DNA of 64,000 nt from Mytilus edulis (lineage: Eukaryota): the NCBI RefSeq assembly GCF_963676685.1, contig NC_092345.1, positions 4,588,001-4,652,000 on the forward strand, read 5' to 3'. How positions within the stretch are numbered: position 1 is the first letter of the stretch; each line of letters opens with the position of its first letter. The notes below the pieces were generated by a model. The model ran no database searches. It was not told the DNA's origin and saw nothing but the letters and a program-made list of their open reading frames with translations. Of the stretch, positions 49,701-61,700 are shown in pieces. Both the position numbers and the translations under genes were made by a program.

Positions 49701-52700
49701 GAAAGGATCAATATACATTAGGTCAAGGTCACTGCCTTTTAAATTTAGTCCTTCACCTTTACTTCCACTTGTGATTTTTTGAAAGCCTCCATTCCCAAAG
49801 TCATTAATTATGTAAGTCAATCTCCTAACTCTCACTTCCTCCACAGATCCAATCTTCTGACACAGGTATTTGTAAAATTGAACTGATAAACTTTTGTCCA
49901 TGGACATTTTAATGACACCACTCTCTCTTTCTGTATATTAAATTAATCTGAAAAATAATTATTTTATATTACAATGTCATGTATTATATAATTAAGAGAT
50001 GACCATTTGGTAATGACTTGTATATTGGTTCAACCCCGCCTCATTCTGTATGTGCCTGTCCCAAGTCAGGAGCCTGTAATTCAGTGGTTGTCGATTGTTG
50101 CTGTATATTACTGTGAATTCATTATTATTCGTTGGATACCAATTTTCGTGGGTTTCGTGGGTACAAGTAAACCATGAATTTAAATGTTCAACGAATTACA
50201 AATTTTCTATAGGCTTTGTAAGCTGAGATTGGCAAAACAATGAAATCAAATATCCACGAAAATGAAAGTTTTCCTCAATCCACGAAAATTGATACCCACG
50301 AAAATAAATGAATCCACATGTATATTTGTTTGTCGTCCATTATCTTATACATAAATCAGGCGGTTATTTTTCTCTTTGTGCCCTTTTTTAGCTGACTATG
50401 CAATATGTATAAAAAAAGAAGATGTGGTATGATTGCCAATGAGACAACTATCCACAAAAGACCAAAATGACACAGACATTAACAACTATAGGTCACTGTA
50501 CGGCCTTCAACAATGAGCAAAGCCCATACCGCATAGTCAGCTATAAATGGCCCCGATAAGACAATGTGAAACAATTCAAACGAGAAAACTTACGGCCTTA
50601 TTTATGTAAAAAAATGAATGAAAAACAAATATGTAACACATAAACAAACGACAACCACTGAATTTCAGGCTCCTGACTTGGGACAGGCACATACATAAAT
50701 AATGTGGCGGGGTTAAACATGTTAGCAGGATCCCAACCCTCCCCCTAACCTGGGACAGTGGTATAATAGTACAACATAAGAACGAACTATAAAAATCAGT
50801 TGAAAAAGGCTTAACTCATCAGATGGACAAAAATACAAGTGGACGTGGCCGGGTACTTATACATCCCGACACAAAAAGACACAATGAACAGATCTGAGAG
50901 TACTCACAGTTATCTGACAGCTAGTTCAAAGCCACTAACAACTAATAAAAAAATCATGCATCTAAGACTAAACAATCAATCCGTACACATCCAACATCCA
51001 ATGGATTTAGTGTAAAGACGTCATAAACAGCCAGAGAAAAACATGACCTTGTGCAATGTTAACTCATTGTTGAAGGATGTATTATTTTTTCCTACATGTA
51101 TGTGTCAGCTTCTTTTGTAAAATCCTTAATTTTCTGGCAGTTACATATGATAAAGAAAATCTTTTTATGATCCTCCTTGGAAACTGGTTGCTCACCCCAT
51201 TGACTTTTGTTATATGGGGGCCATGAATACTAAATGTAAAAAGAAGAATGAAAATAAATTTGAAAAAAAAAAACGAAAAATCATGTTCTAATTGCTACTA
51301 AACTTTGGGTAAATATTACTTTCTTGTCATAGTACGGTAATTTTATTTCAGTTTAATAAATAGAATAAAAGTGTACTTTTCAATTTAGCGTGAAGTATTT
51401 CTCAATGCTAGTTGATTTTAGATTGAACAGAAAAATGCTGAAAATGTTCGTCAATATTTCCTTGGCTTCTATGAAAGTGGAATGACTTTATATTTGGTCT
51501 GGAGCTTGATATAAATCATAAATGTTGATTTGAAGCATTTAAGAAATTTTTATATCGGCTGTGCACTTTACAACTTTCATTGTACAGGAAAATTTTTGTC
51601 AATCAAGTTCAATTGAACATAATTTCTGACATCATCGTCATCAGTTATGATTCAATTCGCATGTTACTTCAATAAATTGTGTCCAGACCCAGTACATATT
51701 GGTCTTGTCCAGACCCATTACATATTGGTCTTGTCCAGACCCAGTACATATTGGTCTTGTCCAGACCCAGTACATATTGGTCTTGTCCAGACCCAGTACA
51801 TATTGGTCTTGTCCAGACCCAGTACATATTGGTCTTGTCCAGACCCAGTACATATTGGTCTTGTCCAGACCCAGTACATATTGGTCTTATTTTTAACCAA
51901 AACTTAAGTTACTAAACGAATTTCATATACTAACTTTTGGATTAATGATTTACATTATTTATTTTCAGCTGGCCACTCAAAGTTTTAATAATTTCCAAAA
52001 ATTGGTCAATGTGAGTATCAATTTTGTCTTACATATTTGCATAAGGGCTTCAAACTTCTTACATTTACACATAGTGCAAAACTGCAAAACCTGTCAAAAT
52101 AGCCTCATACTTAGACCTTGTCATTAATATTTAGATACTAGCAGAGCTATACCCAAACAAAATTTTTGTTACAATATGTTTTTTTCAATTTGTGTTTAAT
52201 ATCTTTTGGGCTCATGTTTATTTTGACCAAAAACATTTTGTGAAAGTATTCAGTTGTTATCAAGTTTATGATTGGCATCTATAACTTAGTAGAAGCAAAA
52301 ACTGAAGTCATTTATTTACACAAATACAAAAAAAATCACAGGTCGAAAACCAAAAATTATGTTTACAATTGTTACAAATAATTCAATGCTAAAAAAATGA
52401 AAAATACTTACAAAGGATGTTTACGGTACAATGGAAATTTGTACTTCTGTTTGTTGTTATAAGTAGTTCTTAAATATGTGATGAATAATGAATTTTCAGG
52501 GTACATGGGACACGAAAATGTTTCACATTGTAATATATCCTTAAGTGCAATATAATAAAAAGTGGTTTATAGTTATTTATAGTCATTTAATTTATAGGGT
52601 GAAAAATGTCTTTGATTTGATTTCATGAAAAGAAACAAACTGTGACATTGAGTCATCAAGGAAATATATGTAAAAACTGGGTATAATAAAATGTATTAGT

Positions 52701-55700
52701 CTTTGGTAAAAGCAGGAAATTAAATTTCATAGAAATAAGATTTCTTTCTTCTACCACAAAACATTATTAATATATTCAGGATTTAAATGTGATTTCTTCC
52801 TTACATTATGGAATTGTTTTGAAATTGTTGGTTTTTACTATTTGTACTCTCAAATTTCTTCAAAATAGAATGTACACTGTATTTTACAATTGTACAAATA
52901 AAAAATACAATATTTTGGAGAAAAAAATATTATAGAGGACATTTTAGTGGAAAAAAAATAAATTAGACATGTAAGTGCAAAATTTACAACCCATTTTAGC
53001 CAAAACTCAAATGATCAATGTCCACTTGAAAAATCCAAATAAGTAATTAATTTCTTCTCATTTATCATTTAAAGTGGAATTAATAATATACTCTTGAAAT
53101 ATTATGAAAATAGCACAATATTGAAATGCCTAAATACTTTGTACAGTAAAACCAAGGAGCTCATTTTAACCATTCAGTTTTGTCAGGTTTTATTGATTTC
53201 ACTATTTTTTTTAATTTACCCCAGAGTTCACTATTTTTGTTGGGGCCTCGTTGACCGAGTGGTCTAAGTAGTTACTACTGTAATCACTAGCAAGTCAACA
53301 CTGAGGTTGTGAGTTCGAACCTCGCTCATGCGGGTGCACTCGACTCCAATTTTAATTGACTGGGATTGTTAGTTTTCCTATCGAAGGTTGGTGGTTTTCT
53401 GCGGCACTCCGGCTTCCTCCACCAATAAAAACTGGCCGCCACGAAATAGCCCAAAAGGGGTGCTTAAAAGTGGTGTTAAACCACCAAAATTCAAAAATCA
53501 AAATCAAGTATCTTTGTTAATACATTTTTATACGACTGCAAAAGTTGAAAATTTTTTGGTCGTATATTGGTATCACGTTGGCGTTGTCGTCGTCCGAAGA
53601 CATTTGGTTTTCGCACTCTTACTTTAGTAAAAGTAAATAGAAATCAATGAAATTTAAACACAAGGTTTATGACCATAAAAGGAAGGTTGGGATTGATTTT
53701 GGGTGTTTTGGTCCCAACAGTTTAGTAATTAGGGGCCAAAAAGGGCCCAAATAAGCATTTTTCTTGGTTTTTGCACAATAACTTTAGTATAAGTTAATAG
53801 AAATCTATGAAATTTTAACACAAGGTTTATGACCACAAAAGGAAGGTTTGGATTGATTTTGGGAGTTTTGGTGCCAACGAATTAGGGGCCAAAAGGGTCC
53901 AAAATTAAACTTTGTTTGATTTCATCAAAAAATGAATTATTGGGGTTCTTTGATATGCCAAATTTAACGGTGTATTCAGATTCTTAATTTTTGGTCCTGT
54001 TTTCAAATTGATCTACATCAAGGTCCAAAGGGTCCAAAATTAAATTTAGCTTGATTTTAACAAAAATTGAATTCTTGGGGTTCTTTGATATGCTGAATCT
54101 AAACATGTACTTAGATTTTTGATTATGGGCCCAGTTTTCAAGTTGGTCCAAATTGGGGTCCAAAATTATTATATTAAGTATTGTGCAATAGCAAGAAATT
54201 TTCAATTGCACAGTATTCCGCAATAGCAAGAAATCCTCAATTGCACAGTATTGTGCAATAGCAAGAAATTTTCAATTGCACAGTATTGCGCAATAGCAAG
54301 AAATCTTCAATTGCACAGTATTGTGCAATAGCAAGAAATCTTCAATTGCGCAGTATTGCGCAATAGCAAGAAATATCTAATTGCACAAAATTGCGCAATA
54401 GCAGGAAATTTTCAATTGCACAGTTTTGCGCAATAGCAAGAAATATTCAATTGCACAGTATTGTACGGTTTTCAAATTGGTCTACATTAAGGTCCAAAGG
54501 GTCAAAAATTAAACTTTGTTTGATTTCAACAAAAATTGAATATATGGGGTTCTTCAATATGCTGAATCTAACCATGTATTTAGATTTTTAATATTTGGCC
54601 CGATTATCAAATTGGTCCACATTGAGGTCTAAAGGGTCTAAAATTGAACATTATTTGATTTCATCAAAAATTGAATTCTTGGGGTTCTATGATATGCTGA
54701 ATCTAACCATGTATTTAGATTTTGGATATTGGACCATAATATGTAAATGTCCAATTTAAAATTTTTAAGTTTTTAAGTTTAAGTTCTTAGACCACATTCA
54801 TTCTGTGTCAGAAACCTATGTTGTGTCAACTATTTAATCACAATCCAAATTCAGAGCTGTATCAAGCTTAAATGTGTCCATACTTGCCCAAACTGTTCAG
54901 GGTTCCACCTCTGCGGTCATATAAAGCTGCGCCCTGTGGAGCATCTGGTTTCTATTAAATTGTGCAAAATTTTTTGTTAAATCCTATTATGGTTTGTATG
55001 TATCTTTTATAACCCTTTGGATCATTTATTAATCCTTGGATATTACTTTCAATCAGTCTGATTAAAGCACAGATCCTGTGGCCATGCATGCTTGCCTAAG
55101 AAGCTGACAATGCTTTGGTAAATTACTTCCTGCTTTACTTTTTTTTGTATCATCAGATTTTGTAGTAATAATTCACTGACTATCAAACATTTAGAAGCAG
55201 AAATTTCATTAGTTGATGTAATAATCATCCATTTTAAATTTTATGATCTTTCTACAAAACTTTTGAATGATTAACACATAATAATGACTAGAGGAGCAAA
55301 GAACTGGCAGGTCCAAGCTAAAAAATATCTGTTTCATGTGTTAAAAATTTACCAATTTGATTTTAGCCTTTCACCTGGATAGTACCTGGCTGTCTTATGG
55401 GAGGAGAGAAGAGAAAAGCAGAAAAAGCAAGGTTAGAATCAATTGTACTTTTGTTTTATATTTGAATCATTTGGGATAAATATCTATTCCTTAAAACTTA
55501 CTTATATTTTGAAATAGTATTATAATGTTTCGATTATTTTCTTACTGCATAGAAATTTTCTCCAAAATTTCATGTATACGAATTTGGAAGTACATGCAAT
55601 AAAAGTCATTTCAAAAAAGGAATGAAAGTCCTTAATATCAGTATTAAAGTACATGGTGAGCAACTACAGGTCACTGTAAAGCCTTCAATGACCAAACCAA

Positions 55701-58700
55701 AACTGTATCAAAGCTATAGAAGGCCCCTGGAGGAAAACATGTGATTTAATTCAAAAACAGAAAATTTACTTAACAACAATGAATAGAAAAAACAATTATA
55801 GGAGACAACAACCACTGGAGTACAGTCTCATGGCTTGGTACAGATACATAAATAATATGGCAGGGTGAAACATAATTGTGAGTGCTGAATCCTCCTAGCG
55901 TTGGACAACAACCACTGGAGTACAGTCTCATGGCTTGGTACAGATACATAAATAATATGGCAGGGTGAAACATAATTGTGAGTGCTGAATCCTCCTAACG
56001 TTGGACAACACTTCAAAAGAACAAACTCCAACCATGATCACATATAAACATTGAAGGGAAACTAATATATAAGCATCTATACAACTTTAATACGCAATGG
56101 GAAAAATTATTACATAATTTGATTACCAATAAAAAGATAAGTTTGCAACTGTTTAATACACATGTATAAAATTTTTGTTTAGTAACTTTTTTCCATTTTA
56201 AGTGAATAATTTTGTTGCAAAAAAAATCAAAATCCTCTATCACTGTTTGACTTAATTATACATACCATCATTTTTAATACAAATATACTGTTTTCCAGAA
56301 AATATTGACAGTGACTGTATAATTTTATTTGCAGATTACGTAAAGGTATAAACATTTTAGTGGCGACACCTGGGAGATTGTTGGACCATTTACAACATAC
56401 GGATAGTTTGTCTATGTCTAAAGTCAGATGGTTGGTTTTAGATGAGGCAGATAGGTAGGCTATTTTATATTGAGTTCTGTAAAATTTCATGTGAAAACAC
56501 CCATTATAATCTTCATTAAACATTACTGTAGAAGAGTTTATAATTTCATGCAAACACAGAAATTGATATATTTTTTGGGAAGTCATGTCGTTAAATTCAA
56601 CATTGTAGCACAAAATTTGTTAAGTAATTTAAACATTAAGTTTAATACATAGAGTGTTAAAGTAAACAATATTATTATTTTTTTAAACCTGCTTGACAGA
56701 CCTGAATTATAGACAAAATGGAGGATGATTTCTGATAGTTATTCCAAACAATTAAGAATTTAGTGCTGATTCAATCAAAGAAGAATCCCACCATGGATAA
56801 GATTTAATTCTAGACCATATTTTACAATCCATCTGTTTTGAATCCAGTTCTTATGATGAGTTTTATGAAGATGAAAATTATGCATCTAGTGTACCAAATT
56901 GGTTTACAATGTTGACAATGTTTTCTCTAAATAACAATCTGCCCAGGGCGTAGCTGCCGTTAGGCACTTTAGGCACGTGCCTACACATAATTTTTTCACA
57001 AATATTTTTTTTTATTAAAAAAATTAATAAACAACATTTTCTGTAGATGAAAGCCGGCAAAATTTCTGCTCCTATCCAATAATCCCTCATTTTCCAGTGC
57101 ATGGCATTTTTAAATTTCCAGACCTTCGTCCTGGACGACACCTATTACAGGACCTAGCTCCAAGTTGTATTTATTGTAAAAAAAAAAATTGACGGTCCTG
57201 AACTTGCAGAAATATTTGACCCTGGATGTAAAAAAATCAATCAATCAACTGGCTTCCAGTAATTTTGAGTACTCTCAAATCTGCGTGTAATGGCCACAAT
57301 TATTCAAAATTCCTAAGAAGGTAGGGATTTTACAGTAGAGGATATAAAGAAATACGTACTTCTTGAATTTTGTTAGGCATCGACTATGTCTGTATGTGTT
57401 TGTGTGGCTAGGGTGAAGGTTTAAGATTCAAAAGATTGATGGTTGATGTCTAGCCAAAAGGATAGTTCTATTATATAGTAGTAACAGTGTTTACGTGCCT
57501 ATTGTTTTTAATGTAGGATCGTCAATATGTACTATTAATAAAGTTAAACGTATATATCAATCAGAACGGAATAGATATGATAATACCAAACAGGTTGTAC
57601 TGCTTAATTAAAGGGATATGCTCTCAGATACGCTGATCTACGCTGGGCAATGCATATTGCAAAAAATGTATTGTAAATAAAAAAAAATATATTACGGATT
57701 GTACTTCGTTATTTAATTAACCAGTCAGATGTTATGGTACATTATTCATAATTCTCTAACTTTTCATCATGTATATTTTAATTATCATTATTAAATAACC
57801 ATTCTAATATTACATGCTTCTATAGCTTGGGTACAAAGCCATGTTCTAATTCGAATAGAACATGGGCTACACGTGATTGACGTCACAATTGAAATGGCAA
57901 CGTCAGATGAATTTTGAACAACGCCAGAGGTCAAAATGGACATTTGTGTTAGTGTTGCTCGCTAGGAAATAAAATAAAAACATTCTAAAAGTAAGTTTAA
58001 ATGTTTCTGTTCTTTTTTATTGATAAACTGTTGATTTTTCTATAGGGTTTTTATACGACCGCAAATTTTGAAAAAATTTTCGTCGTATAATGCTATCACG
58101 TTGGCGTCGGCGTCGGCGTCGGCGTCGTCGTCGTCGTCCGGCGTCCGAATACTTTTAGTTTTCGCACTCTAACTTTAGTAAAAGTGAATAGAAATCTATG
58201 AAATTTTAACACAAGGTTTATGACCATAAAAGGAAGGTTGGTATTGATTTTGGGAGTTTTGGTCCCAACATTTTAGGAATTAGGGGCCAAAAAGGGCCCA
58301 AATAAGCATTTTCTTGGTTTTCGCACCATAACTTTAGTTTAAGTTAATAGAAATCTATGAAATTTTGACACAAGGTTTATGACCACAAAAGAAAGATTGG
58401 GATTGATTTTGGGAGTTTTGGTTTCAATAGTTTAGGAATAAGGGGCCAATAAAGGGCCCAAATAAGCATTTTTCTTGGTTTTTGCACAATAACTTTAGTT
58501 TAAGTAAATAGAAATCTATGAAATTTAAACACAATGTTTATGACCACAAAAGGAAGGTTGGTATTGATTTTGGGAGTTTAGGACCCAACAGTTTAGGAAT
58601 TAGGGGCCAAAAAGGGACCCAAATAAGCATTTTTCTTGGTTTTCGCACCATAACGTTAGTATAAGTAAATACAAATCTATGAAATTTAAACACAAGGCTT

Positions 58701-61700
58701 ATGACCATAAAAGGAAGGTTGGTATTGATTTTGGGAGTTTTGGTCCCAATAGTTTAGGAAAAAGGGGCCCAAAGGGCCCAAAATTAAACTTTGTTTGATT
58801 TCATCAAAATTGAATAATTGGGGTTCTTTGATATGCCGAATCTAACTGTATATGTAGATTCTCAACTTTTGGTCCCGTTTTCAAATTGGTCTACATTAAG
58901 GTCCAAAGGGTCCAAAATTAAACTTAGTTTGATTTTGACAAAAAATGAATCGGTTGGGTTCTTTGATATGTTGAATCTAAAAATGTACTTAGATTCTTGA
59001 TTATTGAAGTTTTTTGGTCCAGTTTTCAAATTGGTCTACATTAAGGTCCAAAGGGTCCAAAATTAAACTTTGTTTGATTTCATCAAAAATTGAATCCTAG
59101 GGGTTCTTTGATATGCCAAATCTAACTGTGTATGTAGATTCTTCATTTTTGGTCCTGTTTTCAAATTTCAAATTCTACATTAAAGTCCAAAGGGTCCAAA
59201 ATTAAACTAAGTTTGATTTTAACAAAAATTGAATTCTTGGGCCTCTTTGATATGCTGAATCTAAACATGTACTTAGATTTTTGATTATGGGCCCAGTTTT
59301 CAAGTTGGTCCAAATCAGGATCTAAAATTATTATATTAAGTATTGTGCAATAGCAAGTCTTTTCAATTGCACAGTATTGTGCAATGGCAAGAAATATCTA
59401 ATTGCAAAATATTGTGAAATAGCAAAATTTTTTTTAATTAGAGTTATCTTTCTTTGTCCAGAATAGTAAGCAAGAAATATCCTATTGCACAATATTGTGC
59501 AATAGCAAGAATTTTTTTTAATTGGAGTTCTCTTTCTTTGTCCAGAATCAACTTAAATCTTTGTTATATACAATATACAATGTATATACACTTTTTACTA
59601 CCAACTGATAAATTTAAATAATCTTTACCATTCAGTGATAACAAGCAGTTTTTTTACATCTTAATATTTTATGATGTATTTAAATGAGTAGTTATTGTTG
59701 CAATCTCCATTAGAAATTTGAATTGATATCAGTTTTGAAAAAGGGAAACGGGGATGTGAAAAAAAAGGGGGGGGGGGGGGGTTAAATTTTTCTCATTTCA
59801 GATTTCATAAATAAAAAGAAAATTTCTTCAAACATTTTTTTGAGAGGATTAATATTCAACAGCAAAGTGAATTGCTCAAAGGCAAAAAAAACCTTTTAAG
59901 TTCATTAGACCACATTCATTCTGTGTCAGAAACCTATGCTGTGTCAACTATTTAATTTTAGATTTAAAAAGTTTGAAGAAGAAATCTTTAATTGATTTGT
60001 AAAATTTTGGCATTTGTTTTGTGTAAAAAAAAACCATGTAATGTCAAAAATTTGATCACAATCCAACTTCAGAGCTGTATCATGCTTGAATGTTTTGTCC
60101 ATACTTGCCCCAACTGTTCAGGGTTCGACCTCTGCGGTCGTATAAAGCTGCGCCCTGCGGAGCACCTGGTTGTTCATCAAATCAAAATGGCGACATTTCG
60201 GGCGTCTACTATAAGTCAGCTTCGAAGTACAAAAGTTCAAAATATTCCTATTAGAATAGAAATAATTCTATCATGCCATGCTCTATGCTCATTTTAACAT
60301 GGGTAGGCATTATATTTGTAAACATTTAATACCTTGCTAACGCTCGATATTAAGATATTAACAAATATAATGCCTACCCATGTTAAAATGAGCATAGAGC
60401 ATGGCATGAAAGAATTATTTCTTAAGTAAATTAAATATTTTTGTAGATAAAATTTTGCAGCTAAAACGCTGAAAACCATATAAGCGGCCCCCCAGACCCC
60501 CTGCCGATTTGTGCCTACAGTTGACTGAATACCTAGCTACGCACCTGTCTGCTCTATCACACTCTCAGCTAGGAGTTATTCATATAGTGACACAGATTAG
60601 AATTGCAAATGGTGCTCTCCATGGATTGTGTTCCTCAATAACATGTATCAGAGTTTTAATTCTCTACTCTCTACACTAGACCGAGATATAAGCAATGCAC
60701 ACTTTTTAAAGGCCACTAAGACAACTAGGTATCATACTTATGATATAAAAAGAATTTGTCAGTAATGAATAGTATTCGTCCTACTTATGAGTGACACATA
60801 TTTTTAAATACTTGTATGCACCATCTTTCTTTCAGATTGTTAGAATTGGGCTATGAGAAAGGTGTTGCAGATATAATAAATTATTTAAATGAGGCTACAA
60901 CACAGAGACAAACAATTATGTTATCTGCTACACTAACTGGAGGTAAGGTCTTAGAATAAAAGAGTTTATACAGTGTTGTAAAAGGAAGTTGAATTAATCC
61001 TGTGCCATCAAAAAGAAGTTGGCACACTATTTCATGGGGAAAAAAACATTAAAGTTTATATTGTGTCATAAAAAATAAGTTTAGAATTACATTGCCATAC
61101 TGTCACTATAAAGGCTAAAGTTTATTACATGTTGTCACAAATAAAGAAAAAAGTAAAAATCACAAAAATACTGAACTCGGAGGAAAATCCAATCTGAAAA
61201 GTTTAAGTTTACGTTTATACTGTGTCATACATAGAAAAAGCAGTTTAAGATTACATTTTATCTTTAAAAGGAAGTTTATATAAAACACTTTGTCATAAAA
61301 AGAAATACATTGTAAAAATAAGAAAATAAAATAGCTTTAGCACAGATTCAAATACTTATTTCACAGAAAGTGATATAAAGATGAAGCAAAAGTATGTAGA
61401 CATTAATCTAATGATTTTAGTATTTTTTTGTTCATGATGACTAGGTGTAGAAAGACTTGCTGGTATAACATTAGATGATCCAGTTCACGTAGATATCTCA
61501 CAGTCAGATTTGCCAAAACAGTCTCCAGACACAGGGTCAAAGGGGAACTTAGGGTCAAAGGAGAACACAGAATCAAAGGACAGCACTGAGTCCAAGTTTA
61601 CTCTACCACAAAATCTGAAACAGCATTTTGTAATAACACCACCTAAATTAAGACTTGTAACCCTGGCTGCGTTTATTACTTGGCATTGTAAGGTATGTTT

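Larger units (their letters stand above)
56944..60547. mobile_element. hAT-like non-autonomous element hosting nested insertions
   Basis: Ends CAGGGCGTAGCT / AGCTACGCACCTG. Both flanks carry TCTGC (imperfect TSD). Confidence 0.55.

Noticed and set aside
50790-50828. CTGATGA followed by a short GTT/AAC stem on the minus strand, resembling a hammerhead
   Set aside because: No GAAA core or stem III/NUH follows.
51641-51915. Overlapping repetitive ORFs and a CRISPR-like appearance
   Set aside because: Contiguous 26-bp tandem units without unique spacers, in a eukaryotic intron, with no cas genes.
53242-53325. Possible tRNA gene
   Set aside because: A and B boxes are present but there is no proper cloverleaf, and it continues into a SINE body and tail.
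56850-56900. ATGATGA as the C box of an intronic snoRNA
   Set aside because: No suitably placed CTGA D box or terminal stem was found.
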